Counted from the stretch's first letter, positions 39,634-49,441 are shown. The stretch: DNA of 64,000 bases from Candidatus Poribacteria bacterium (GCA_965208325.1 OZ242326.1:32001-96000); one strand, 5' to 3'. Translations and numbers: made by a program. The notes: a model not told the origin generated them from the letters alone.

Positions 39634-41424
39634 CTAGATTACGTGAGTCGCGGTAGATTTTCTGCGGTTTGATTTTTCAGGGCGAAATGGGGTTACCTTG
39701 ACAACTTTCTCAGGGTCATAGTCGAGCAGTTTCAGCCAATCTTCCACACTATCCGTCGCCGGAAAAATTTCATTTTCGCGGTATTCTGCTGCAACTGCAT
39801 CCAGGAGATCGCCTGCACGAATCCCGACGCCATCATCACCAGGGGCATCAACTTCTTTAATGTGTTCGCTGCGTTCAATTGCCCTTTTGATTGCGGATTC
39901 TTTGGCACGTTGAATTATGGAAGCAATAATCGCACCATTACAAAGATCGCCCCGATACAACGTGTCACGACGACCGTTTTGCAAAACAACCTCTAAGAAC
40001 TTGTTACTTTCGGTGCGCTGAAACAGTTCGCTGCAGACCAAATCAAGGAGGTGCGAAACAGCGTCTTCTGAATTGCCGTTATGCGTTTCTAGCACTTCAG
40101 GATCGATTGGTAGATCTGACGCGAGATAAATGCGGGCGATTTCCTCCGCCCCTTCTTTATCCGGCCGCCTGACCCTTATCTTTCGGTCAATGCGTCCAGG
40201 GCGCAGAATCGCAGGATCGATAAGATCCGGGCGGTTCGTTGCGAGAATTATCACGACATCTTTCAGCGACTCGAGCCCGTCCATTTCGGCACAAAACATC
40301 GGTACAACCGTGTTTGAAATGTTATGGGAGCGGAAGGATCGGCGTGTTCCCAAGATGGACTCTGCTTCGTCAATAAAAACAAACGGTAGGAAACCCTCGT
40401 GCCGTTTTTCACGCGCAATCTGGAAGATTTCACGCACCTTGCGTTCCGATTCGCCAAGCCACATATTTAGAATTTCCGGCCCCTTGATGTGGAGGAAACA
40501 CCCTGTGACATCAGATCCTGTCTCTTGTCTCAATCGCTGCGTCAGATTGTAGGCCGTGGCTTTGCCAATGAGCGTCTTGCCGCAACCGGGAGGGCCATAC
40601 AACAGAAAACCCTTGGGAGGCGCATATTGGAAGCGATTAAAGAGGTCAGGGTAGAGAATCGGAAGCTCAATAGTATCTTTAATTAGTTGAATGGTATCAT
40701 TCAATCCTCCAATTTTCGTCCAAGGCACCTGTGGCACGTCTTCGAGGAAGTAATCTTTCACTTCTTTAACTTCAAGTCGTTCAAGCGCAACTCTAAAGTT
40801 TGCATCGATACGAATTTCTTCGTTCGCTTTGAGTTTTGCGTTGGCGAGATCGGTCGACCGGTTTAATACAACCGCCTGCAATCCATGTTCCTGCCCAACC
40901 CGTAGTCGGCCGTCAGGCATCACATCAACAATCTTACCAGTTGGTCCGGACTGGTTGTATCCTAGCTCGCCAACTACGACATACGCCTCGTTAAGCAGTA
41001 CACTGTAACCGATTTTGAGAGACGAGGGATCCATTTGTGGATGAAGGTTTGCAAAATACTCTGAACCGCCTACAATCACATGGGCAACATCTTTTTTCGG
41101 CAAGCCTAACAGTGTCCCAATTCGATTTGCGGGTGCCGTGAGTTTTTCAACGACCTGCTGCATCTCGACGATTGTCTGTCTCGCCTCTTGAAACGTCATT
41201 TCATCTTCCAGGATGGCACGCCGCAGTTCATACAGCAGCGGACGAATGCCGTCGTCTTCAGGGGTTGCGAAGATGAGTTGGTCGACTAACATCAGAGATC
41301 GAGGTAATCCTGCCGTATCCTCATCATCTTCCCCAATCTCTTCTTCAAAGTCGTCATTGTCGAATAATCGTATGCGCTCCTCGGATATTTTCTCATGCCG
41401 GTTAACATCTTTTTTGTTTTGCAT
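39634..41424 (-). CDS. arc: Proteasome-associated AAA ATPase (ARC/Mpa homolog)
   Basis: N-terminal coiled coil and OB region, GPPGCGKT, IKGPEILNMWLGESE, FIDEAES and RPGRIDRK motifs. Confidence 0.92.
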   Translation of the reverse strand: MQNKKDVNRHEKISEERIRLFDNDDFEEEIGEDDEDTAGLPRSLMLVDQLIFATPEDDGIRPLLYELRRAILEDEMTFQEARQTIVEMQQVVEKLTAPANRIGTLLGLPKKDVAHVIVGGSEYFANLHPQMDPSSLKIGYSVLLNEAYVVVGELGYNQSGPTGKIVDVMPDGRLRVGQEHGLQAVVLNRSTDLANAKLKANEEIRIDANFRVALERLEVKEVKDYFLEDVPQVPWTKIGGLNDTIQLIKDTIELPILYPDLFNRFQYAPPKGFLLYGPPGCGKTLIGKATAYNLTQRLRQETGSDVTGCFLHIKGPEILNMWLGESERKVREIFQIAREKRHEGFLPFVFIDEAESILGTRRSFRSHNISNTVVPMFCAEMDGLESLKDVVIILATNRPDLIDPAILRPGRIDRKIRVRRPDKEGAEEIARIYLASDLPIDPEVLETHNGNSEDAVSHLLDLVCSELFQRTESNKFLEVVLQNGRRDTLYRGDLCNGAIIASIIQRAKESAIKRAIERSEHIKEVDAPGDDGVGIRAGDLLDAVAAEYRENEIFPATDSVEDWLKLLDYDPEKVVKVTPFRPEKSNRRKSTATHVI

Positions 41425-42155
41425 CAGACTTCTCCTTGGAACAAAATGATGGCTGATTAAATGGTTGCACTCAATACGTAAGTTCTAATTTCAATGTAAC
41501 AAGATGGCGGTAGGCTCCATCCCGGAAAGACCGCTAATGGTTAACGCGAAATTCAAAATTTCAAGTCAATCTCAATGCTGCGAAGTGTATTCGTAAAGGT
41601 TCGAGAGGATTCTTGAAAATAGCCGGTTTGAATCGAACCGGCCGAACATCTTTCATTGCCTAGATTGGGGATGCAGCGGTTCGCCGAACAAGTGTTGGTT
41701 AGGTATCGTTGGGAGACAAAATTGTAATTCTGATTTCGTGAAACCTTACGACTTTTTGTCATGCGAGGACAGACTTATTCTATCACAACCCCAAAAAAAC
41801 ATCAACGCAAAATCGTAATTTGGGAATGTGCTTATTCTTTAAAACTTGTATGAAAATACATCTTTATTTATCTTGACGATTGTTCTGACCACAACCGTCT
41901 AATTCCTCCCCTCACACAAGCAGGACACACCGCTGGTCACATTTTGCCGAATCGGGTCGCCGCCGAGAGCGGATGAAACCTTCCATAACTAGCAACCCTG
42001 AGATTGAAACGCGGGCGTTATTCAGGGTTGGACTCGGGCGCGCTCACATGGCTAAAATATCAGGTCATAACCGCCAAACTAGTGTGAACGCCGTTTTGCC
42101 GACGTATGGAATCGGACTGTTGCTGACCGCTTTATGGAGACCGAGGTCTGTCTTC

Positions 42156-42827
42156 TCAAACCGGCAAAATACAATCCGGTGTATCGTTGCTCGGCTTATT
42201 CACCAGACGAGAAACCGCGTAGGCAGTCATTTCATCCGCGGGATACGGCTGGAGTAGGCGATCCAACTCGGCGGGTGCTCGGTCGGTCGGATTTAACCAT
42301 AGGTCATACGCATCATTATCCAGAATTACCGGCATTCGATGATGTATCTGCTCTAGCATCTCGTTCGGCGGGCACGTAATGATTGTGCATGACAAGACGG
42401 CGTCTGACTCCTGTGTTGGTTTCCACTGCTCCCACAGCCCGGCGAAGGCGAAAGGCTGCTCCGATGCCATGCGGATGTAATACGGTGTTTTTGCGCCGCC
42501 GCCCGGATCCTTACACCACTCGTAATATCCGTCTGCCAATATGAGGCATCGCCGACGCTTGTATGCGGTTCGGAATGAAGGTTTTTCCGCCAACGTCTCT
42601 GATCGTGCGTTTATCATTCGATTGCCGATTGCCGGGGCCTTTGCCCACGACGGAATCAACCCCCACCGGAAGAATTCTATTTTGGCGGATTTGTTGTTCG
42701 CAACGACAGCGACGTCTTGGGTAGGTGTAATGTTGTAGCGTGGGTTTGGTTGGTCGGCAAGTTCCAACCCGGGGAAGGTTTCTGTCAATGTGGTGGTGGT
42801 AGCTGTAAGCGTGAATCGACCGCACAT
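42156..42827 (-). CDS. SOS response-associated peptidase (SRAP/YedK family, abasic-site protection)
   Basis: N-terminal MCGRF, RWGLIPSW, INARSET, YYEW and IHHRMPVIL motifs. Confidence 0.95.
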   Translation of the reverse strand: MCGRFTLTATTTTLTETFPGLELADQPNPRYNITPTQDVAVVANNKSAKIEFFRWGLIPSWAKAPAIGNRMINARSETLAEKPSFRTAYKRRRCLILADGYYEWCKDPGGGAKTPYYIRMASEQPFAFAGLWEQWKPTQESDAVLSCTIITCPPNEMLEQIHHRMPVILDNDAYDLWLNPTDRAPAELDRLLQPYPADEMTAYAVSRLVNKPSNDTPDCILPV

Positions 42828-42906
42828 TTGTCATCTCCCTCTTGCATTCTGCCGTGCCTACGCTTTCTGCTTGTGCCGATATTCTATTATATTTTACCGT
42901 TGGGTT

Positions 42907-45900
42907 TCAAGTCCAATTGTTTTGGCGCCCACTATTCCCGCTTCTGCCTGGATCCGCTGCTGAACCTTTGCCGAAAGACATTTCTGTAAAATACTGTGCT
43001 TGGATGTTAATCAACTCGCCCTCACGCTGCAAGATGCCGCAAACGCACACAAACGGAGAAAGCTTGAAAATCGATCGGTAGCGATTATAAACATCGCGCG
43101 AAATAATCACATTGAGCAGGCTTTCCTCGTCCTCAATTAGCATGAAGGCGACTCCCTTTGCCGTGGCAGGTTTTTGTATACACACGACTAGCCCCGCTAC
43201 GCAGGTTCTTACGCCGTTTCGAAGTTTTTTCAGCGTGTCGCCGCGCCGGACACTCTTATTGAGCGTATTCCGAATGTACTGCATCGGATGAGTATGCGTC
43301 GAAAACCCCTGAACGCGGTATTCCCACGCTAACTGAGACCATAAGTCAATTCTTGGCAGCGGCGGCGCGGTGATGTCCGGATGGATGAGCAAATTCTTAT
43401 CTCGCCACCGGTCAAGTATCCACAGTTGCCACGACAGTTCCCTGCGCGGCAAACCAAAATCATCGAACGCGCCGGCGCCTATCAGATTTTCGATATTAGA
43501 TGAACTGAGTTGTGTCCGTAGGACGAAATCCTGCAGCGACTTGAACCGCCCGCGCTCACGGGCATTCACAATTGACTCGGCCTTCGCCGTACTGATACCT
43601 TTCACACAGACTAAACTTAATCGAATAGCTTGCGGTTCTGTATTTTCGAGATAACAACGGACACCGCTGCGATTAACGTTCACGCTTAAGATTTTTACCC
43701 CGCTGCGCTGGGCGTCGGCTATCAAGATTCGCACCGGATAGAACCCAAGCGGCTGATTGTTAATGAGCGCTGCAGTATAAGCGGCTGGATAGTAGCGCTT
43801 AAGCCATGCCGACTGGTAAGCGAGCTGGGCGAACACTAAAGCGTGCGATTTACAAAATCCATAGCCTGCAAACCCTTTAATACAGTCGAAAATCTGGATC
43901 GCATCGCTGCGCGAAACCCCGTTTCTGACCGCGCTGTCCACGAAGTCGACTTCCATCTTGTCAACAACTTTCTTAAAGCGGTGTTTATCCAGATCGCGCC
44001 TCAAATTTTCAGCCTTGCCAGCGGTGTAACCGGCAATGGCGCAAGCGATTTGGACGATCTGTTCTTGAAAGAGCACCACCCCCAGCGTCTCTTCAAGAAT
44101 TGGCTCAAGCAGGCGGTGCTGATACTGAATTCTCTCACGCCCCTGTCTTCGCCGAATGTAGGGGTTCACGGCGCGTCCTTGTACCGGCCCCGGCCTTATT
44201 ATCGCCACTTCAATTGCTAGGTCTAACAAATTGTGCGGTTTGACGCGCGGCAACGTCTGCATTTGGACGCGCGATTCGATTTGGAACAATCCAATCGTGT
44301 CGGCGCGGGCAATCATATCGTATACGTCGGCATCGTCAGTATTAATGTCCGCTAGGTCAATTTTAAGTCCGTAAGCCTCGGCAATCAAAATAAGGCATTC
44401 TCTAATGACAGCGAGGATGCCCAAGCCTAATAAGTCCACTTTGATCAGGCCCGCGGTTTCAACATAATCTTTGTCCCATTGGCAGATTCGTTGCCCTTGC
44501 GTCGTTGAATACTGCAGCGGCACTAACTTCGTAAGTTCACACGAAGTGATTATCATCCCGCCCGGATGGGTCGAAACGTGGCGGGGCGTTCCGATTACCG
44601 CCTGAACCTGATCTCGGAAATGCCGCCACTTTGCTTGTTTGGTATAACAATCAAACTGCTTGAATGTCTCAATCTTGCTAAAGGCTGGTTCTGGATCTTT
44701 TCGTCCTTCCGTGAAGCGTGACATCGTTTCCAACAGAGATTGCGGGTAGCCAAAAACCTTGCCAATCTCGCGGATAGCCATCTTGACGCCGAAGGTGATG
44801 AACGTGCAGGTCAATCCTACACAATCAACGCCGTATTTACGCTGAACGTAGTTCAGGACATCATCTCGATCAGGCAACCGAACATCGCGCGCAGAGGCGA
44901 AATCGAGGTCAATGTCCGGAATTGTAGATCGCTCTTCGTTGAGAAAACGGGCGAATACCAAATTATACGCAATCGGATCCACTGTCGTAATATCGAGAAG
45001 ATAAGTCACAAGCGAATTCGCCGCCGAACCGCGGCCCTGTGTCGGGATGCCCTTAGATTGGGCGAATTGCACGATATCCCACACCATTAAGAAATATCCG
45101 GCAAGGCCTAGACGCCCGATAAGCGTAAGTTCCTCGCGCAGTCTAGCTCTAATCCGGTCTGTTATTGAGGCATACTTTTTGGAGAGCGATGCCTCACATA
45201 GCATGGTCAAATATGTGCTTTCCGTATAGCCCGCAGGCACGGCATAGTTCGGGAATCGATATTTAGAAAAATCGAACTCAACATTGCATTGCTCACTGAT
45301 TAGCCGCGTATTCTTCAACGCCGACGGCATTTCTCTAAATAGCGCCGCCATTTCCTGCGGCGGCTTGAGATAGCGTTGATGGTTTGCGGACCGTATCCCG
45401 TCCGATTCGTCTAGTGTCACTTTATGGACGATGCACCGCATCACATCGTGCAATCGCGCCTTATCCTCAGCCGCATAATGCACCGCATTGCTAGCGGCGC
45501 ACGGCAGGCATAACTCGTGCGCTAGTTGACACAGTGCTTTGCAGAGACCGGTATCACCGGGTTCGAGATGGTTGTTGAGCTCGATATAGAGATGGCCGCC
45601 GGAAAAGATTTGGCGGTACGCATCTAAACGCGCCCGCGCCAATTCAATCTGATTCTGCTGCAAGAGCGCGGCGGCGTGGCTCTGTTTTCCAATCAGGCAA
45701 ATGAGATTACGTGAGCATTCGCTGAGTTGCTCTGCTGTTACTTGCGGATCGGATGCCGCGTTGGCGTGAGCTTGAGTAATCAACCGCGAAAGTTGATGAT
45801 AACCCGTAATGTCTTGGCACAATAAAACGACTTTATCAACTTTATCGTCTAAGGCTACGGAAATGACAGAACCGACAATGCTGTGAAGCCCAATCTCTTC

Positions 45901-46062
45901 GCATCGGTTAATAAACGGAATCACGCCGTACAAGCCGGCTGTATCCGTTAACGCCAACCCTTTCAATCCCAGTTTCTGCGCCCGCTCGGCAAGTACATCC
46001 GGGCTGGAAGTGCCATCCAAAAAACTGTAATAGCTATGACAGTGAAGTTCGGCGTAGTCCAT
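42907..46062 (-). CDS. dnaE2: Error-prone DNA polymerase III alpha subunit (DnaE2/ImuC)
   Basis: YAELHCHSYYSFLDG PHP domain, GRGSAANS, PDIDLDF, HPGG, YGFCKSHA, QKPATAKG; flanked by imuB-like and SRAP genes. Confidence 0.92.
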   Translation of the reverse strand: MDYAELHCHSYYSFLDGTSSPDVLAERAQKLGLKGLALTDTAGLYGVIPFINRCEEIGLHSIVGSVISVALDDKVDKVVLLCQDITGYHQLSRLITQAHANAASDPQVTAEQLSECSRNLICLIGKQSHAAALLQQNQIELARARLDAYRQIFSGGHLYIELNNHLEPGDTGLCKALCQLAHELCLPCAASNAVHYAAEDKARLHDVMRCIVHKVTLDESDGIRSANHQRYLKPPQEMAALFREMPSALKNTRLISEQCNVEFDFSKYRFPNYAVPAGYTESTYLTMLCEASLSKKYASITDRIRARLREELTLIGRLGLAGYFLMVWDIVQFAQSKGIPTQGRGSAANSLVTYLLDITTVDPIAYNLVFARFLNEERSTIPDIDLDFASARDVRLPDRDDVLNYVQRKYGVDCVGLTCTFITFGVKMAIREIGKVFGYPQSLLETMSRFTEGRKDPEPAFSKIETFKQFDCYTKQAKWRHFRDQVQAVIGTPRHVSTHPGGMIITSCELTKLVPLQYSTTQGQRICQWDKDYVETAGLIKVDLLGLGILAVIRECLILIAEAYGLKIDLADINTDDADVYDMIARADTIGLFQIESRVQMQTLPRVKPHNLLDLAIEVAIIRPGPVQGRAVNPYIRRRQGRERIQYQHRLLEPILEETLGVVLFQEQIVQIACAIAGYTAGKAENLRRDLDKHRFKKVVDKMEVDFVDSAVRNGVSRSDAIQIFDCIKGFAGYGFCKSHALVFAQLAYQSAWLKRYYPAAYTAALINNQPLGFYPVRILIADAQRSGVKILSVNVNRSGVRCYLENTEPQAIRLSLVCVKGISTAKAESIVNARERGRFKSLQDFVLRTQLSSSNIENLIGAGAFDDFGLPRRELSWQLWILDRWRDKNLLIHPDITAPPLPRIDLWSQLAWEYRVQGFSTHTHPMQYIRNTLNKSVRRGDTLKKLRNGVRTCVAGLVVCIQKPATAKGVAFMLIEDEESLLNVIISRDVYNRYRSIFKLSPFVCVCGILQREGELINIQAQYFTEMSFGKGSAADPGRSGNSGRQNNWT

Positions 46063-46102
46063 TAATAGTCAATGCCATTCATATTTACACATGTTTCGGT
46101 AA

Positions 46103-46313
46103 GAACCTGTTTGAAAATTCATTTTATTACAGTACGCCACCACGCCTTGTAGGCGGGGCATCTTGCCCCGCCCAATGCTGGAGTAAGGTATTTGGTGGAA
46201 TCAAGCGACCGAATTGCGAAGGCGATAGTAAATCCCGCGCGATAGAAGTTCCACCGGTAATAGCAACTCAAACGCACAAGAATGGCTTTGTCACCTATTA
46301 TTCAAACAGGCTC
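46103..46313. mobile_element. MITE with IS5-like terminal inverted repeats and a TAA target duplication
   Basis: TAA|GAACCTGTTTGAAAATT ... ATTATTCAAACAGGCTC|TAA; internal GTAGGCGGGGCATCTTGCCCCGC REP-like hairpin; related to the copy at 1-335. Confidence 0.75.
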
Positions 46314-46316
46314 TAA

Positions 46317-46380
46317 GTGCGGTTTCCAACCGCACCTATGGACTGGATAAATACCGGTTCGGTTAGGAAACCGAACCTAT
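46317..46380. repeat. Two tandem REP-like hairpins
   Basis: GTGCGGTT-TCC-AACCGCAC-CTAT and GGTTCGGTT-AGG-AAACCGAACC-TAT. Confidence 0.6.
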
Positions 46381-47181
46381 CTATCGGCATAGTTTCCAAT
46401 CGTCACGGACAAGATCGTGGCAAACTGTTAACTCGCGTCCGGAAGTATACAATTTGAAGTAAATCAACTCTTGCGGTTTTTCTGTCCACCAAGCGTCCTC
46501 TAGCTTCCAGACATCTATAATGCCGTCAAAATATAGCCACTTGTCATCGTATCGCATGCGCTCGGGAAAGTCGATGCACCCAATTTTTTTTGACGTTACC
46601 GCAATTCGCTCTGAATGGCCGCTGAGTTCCTTGCCCCAGATGGTTAAATGTTGTGCAGTGGTGTCAGCGGTTATTGGCGGTTGATAGAACGTAAGCGGGG
46701 ATGGGTCGACGCCTTTTCCTAACTCTGACATCGCAGCCCCTTGCTTTCCAAATTGCCGGATTAGATCCGCCTTTTTGATGTTAGCCAACTGTCCGAGCAT
46801 GCAGAGTCCCAATCTGTCCAGACGCCTATGCAGTTCGGCATCGAGCGGCAGAAGCGAAACGCTCTGATTTGCCATAAACGCCGGCGTCTCCTCTGATGAT
46901 ACGACGCACGCCGCATCCGGGGTTGCGTTTTGCGCCGCGGCAAGACTGGCGAAACGGGACGATGCGACACCGACGCGGATATCGGGGCAAATCCCTTTCA
47001 GCTCGCCTCGTAAATGTCTGATGAAATCGTCGGCTTCGTCCGTAATTTCGGAGACCCCTAAATTTACATAGATGCTGTTATTTTTGATTTCACACCTCAG
47101 ACGCCCAGCCTCTTCCGTCAATATTTCTTGAATCTCTTTTAATTGAGCCTTAAGGTTCTCTACCAGCAAGCAAGCAATCAT
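46381..47181 (-). CDS. Short ImuB-like (inactive Y-family polymerase) accessory protein
   Basis: RVGVASSRFASLAAA, FMANQSVSLLP..LDRLGLCMLGQLA..LIRQFG..GVD thumb region, C-terminal W..EDAWW...YF...CHDL..DDW; upstream of dnaE2. Confidence 0.75.
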   Translation of the reverse strand: MIACLLVENLKAQLKEIQEILTEEAGRLRCEIKNNSIYVNLGVSEITDEADDFIRHLRGELKGICPDIRVGVASSRFASLAAAQNATPDAACVVSSEETPAFMANQSVSLLPLDAELHRRLDRLGLCMLGQLANIKKADLIRQFGKQGAAMSELGKGVDPSPLTFYQPPITADTTAQHLTIWGKELSGHSERIAVTSKKIGCIDFPERMRYDDKWLYFDGIIDVWKLEDAWWTEKPQELIYFKLYTSGRELTVCHDLVRDDWKLCR

Positions 47182-47222
47182 AATTATATGAATCCCTAAC
47201 CCCGTCTAAAATACTTAACTAA

Positions 47223-47251
47223 ATAATACTATTTATACGTTACCCAGTCAA
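47223..47251 (-). promoter_or_regulatory. Candidate promoter of the imuB-dnaE2-SRAP cassette
   Basis: Minus strand TTGACT-N17-TATTAT. Confidence 0.45.
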
Positions 47252-47407
47252 GAAAAAAATCACCCCGAATAATCATTCGCCGAATTCTTCCGAAAAGGCG
47301 GCAACGAATACTGTGCTACGGCGCGTTACGGCTGGTCAATACAGGTCGGGGATTGGGGGTAAGCTTCTGTAGGTTGGGTAGATCAATCAACCGACCGAAC
47401 AGTCTTT

Positions 47408-47442
47408 GAAACCGAGTTTTTTATAGTTTGTATCAAATGACC
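47408..47442 (+). repeat. Left bipartite inverted repeat
   Basis: GAAACCGAGTTTT-N9-GTATCAAATGACC. Confidence 0.9.
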
Positions 47443-47505
47443 CCATGAGTTAAACTGATAACAGATGTTATTTCCATCAATTACCATGAATCCATGGAGG
47501 TCATT

Positions 47506-48306
47506 ATGAAACCACAAAGTCATTCAAACTACGGTATCAATCGTCTGGAATCAAAGACGGCGAGAGCGGCAATTATTCAGAAGATTGCGTCAGACTTCAA
47601 TCTGATGCCTATCCTTGCCGAAGCCTACTATAATCAGATTTCTTCCTACTTTGCCCAACACGCCGATATTAAACTCACATCAGGCCAAATCTGCTATGAA
47701 GCCGTAGCCGCCGACGAACCCGCAGGTAAACACATTGCCTTAGCCAAAAAGGTCTCCTGCCAACTCACCCTCAATGATGTGCACACCGATCTTGAGGTGT
47801 TAGCCAACTATGGACTTGCAGGACTCAGACGACATCGAATCTTACGGTTAACCAAACAAGCCTATGACCAAGACGCTTTGCTCAGCTATGAAGATTTAGC
47901 GGTGCTATTAACCACCAGCCCGGCGACCGTCAAACGAGACATTCGACAGTTGAAACAGCAAGGGTTTTTTGTAATGACTCGCGGCGCCAAACACGACATG
48001 GGCCCCGGCATCTCTCATAAAACCCAAATCCTAGAACTGTACTTTAAAGGCTATCAATTCACCGACATTGAGCGAAAGACGAACCACACCGAACGCGCCG
48101 TGTTGAGATACTTGCGTAATTTCACTCAGGTAGCAACCCTCCATCATCAAGACTTTCCAAAGGAACAGATACGGCTCATCACCCATCTCTCTGACCGATT
48201 GATTCGTGAGTATCTCTCCCTGTATGATAAATACGAACATACAGAGCGAATGACGACTTTACTTCATCCTGAACCCGTTGATGAAAAAAAGGGGGAAAAC
48301 TCATGA
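47506..48306 (+). CDS. DUF1670-like protein (first paralog)
   Basis: RLTKQAYDQDALLSYEDLAVLL..SPATVKRD, TRGAKHDMGPGISHK and HTERAVLRY motifs; GGAGG RBS before ATG 47506. Confidence 0.8.
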   Translation: MKPQSHSNYGINRLESKTARAAIIQKIASDFNLMPILAEAYYNQISSYFAQHADIKLTSGQICYEAVAADEPAGKHIALAKKVSCQLTLNDVHTDLEVLANYGLAGLRRHRILRLTKQAYDQDALLSYEDLAVLLTTSPATVKRDIRQLKQQGFFVMTRGAKHDMGPGISHKTQILELYFKGYQFTDIERKTNHTERAVLRYLRNFTQVATLHHQDFPKEQIRLITHLSDRLIREYLSLYDKYEHTERMTTLLHPEPVDEKKGENS

Positions 48307-49196
48307 GTAAATCATTGACTCGAACCGAAATCAACGAGAAGAAAATCAGACGTATCAATGATAAATCGTTGCGGCAGTTGCTGATTCATCGCTTTATCAA
48401 TTCCTATGGGTATGACAAAGGCGAAGTGACTGCCAAAGCCATTGTCGATGACATCGTCAAAACTATTGAAGACTATTTCCTGATTCGCTTGCCACTTGAT
48501 AAACTCGCCGCTGGAGAACAACTTCCTGATGAACGAATGCTTAGCTATGGTCAACTGGTTTGGATGGCTGTGCCGATTGACGAATATCCACAGAGAGCCA
48601 AGTCAATCGTTAAAACCCGCATGAAGCCTGTGGTTTTAAGCTTTGTGGCCCCCGAGGACATTGAACACTATTACAGCGGCTTCAGCTCTCGTGAACTCAG
48701 AATTCATCGATTGGTGCGATGGTGTTATCAAGCCTATGACCAAGGGGCATTGTTGACTCAACTAGACCTGGCTGTGTTGCTCAACGTCCGCGACCCAGTA
48801 GTGAGTGAGTATGTCAACGAGTGGCAAAGCACCAGTGGAAAAATCTTGCCCACTCGCGGCAACATTCACGATTTATCGGCGGCAATTACACACAAGAAGG
48901 AGATTATTACCCTTTATCTACAAGGGCACCTGACTCCGACCATTGCTGCCAAAACCAAGCACTCCAAAGAAGCTGTTGACCGATACATCCATGATTATGA
49001 GTCCGTTAAGATTGTTCGCACCGCTACCGATGACATTGACAAAATCTCTCAGATTACCAAACTTTCCAAGCGCGTCATCTCTCAATATCTCGACCTAATT
49101 CCTCAACATTCGCTGAATGACATCAACGCAAACTTGGAAGACGGCAAAGATAACACCGTGCCGTCCAGTTCCAAACCTACAGGAGACTTGCAATGA
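48303..49196 (+). CDS. DUF1670-like protein (second paralog)
   Basis: RWCYQAYDQGALLTQLDLAVLL, PTRGNIHDLSAAITHK and HSKEAVDRY motifs; ATGA overlap with the first paralog. Confidence 0.8.
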   Translation: MSKSLTRTEINEKKIRRINDKSLRQLLIHRFINSYGYDKGEVTAKAIVDDIVKTIEDYFLIRLPLDKLAAGEQLPDERMLSYGQLVWMAVPIDEYPQRAKSIVKTRMKPVVLSFVAPEDIEHYYSGFSSRELRIHRLVRWCYQAYDQGALLTQLDLAVLLNVRDPVVSEYVNEWQSTSGKILPTRGNIHDLSAAITHKKEIITLYLQGHLTPTIAAKTKHSKEAVDRYIHDYESVKIVRTATDDIDKISQITKLSKRVISQYLDLIPQHSLNDINANLEDGKDNTVPSSSKPTGDLQ

Positions 49197-49405
49197 CAGC
49201 ATACGCCTATTATTGCTTAGACATGGGAAAACAACGTCTCTTTCTTTGGCATCGGCTTGGCACGCCATAGCCATTTTGGTATACTTTGTCACGCTTCTAG
49301 CCAAACCAAATGAATTTCTTGACGGATAAGCTAATTAAGCCAACATAACTCGCTCATTTGATGATGGCTCGAAGTCAGTAACCACGCGCATTCCAACTAT
49401 CATCA

Positions 49406-49441
49406 GGTCATTTGATACTATTTTCTTCAAAACTCGGTTTC
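49406..49441 (-). repeat. Right bipartite inverted repeat
   Basis: GGTCATTTGATAC-N10-AAAACTCGGTTTC; both 13-bp arms are exact reverse complements of the left repeat arms. Confidence 0.9.

Noticed and set aside
41553..41762. 69-aa ORF upstream of arc
   Set aside because: No RBS or recognisable motif; likely spurious.
49257..49276. Sigma-54 promoter TGGCACG in the DUF1670 right end
   Set aside because: GG-to-GC spacing is 9 rather than the required 10, and TTGC is absent.
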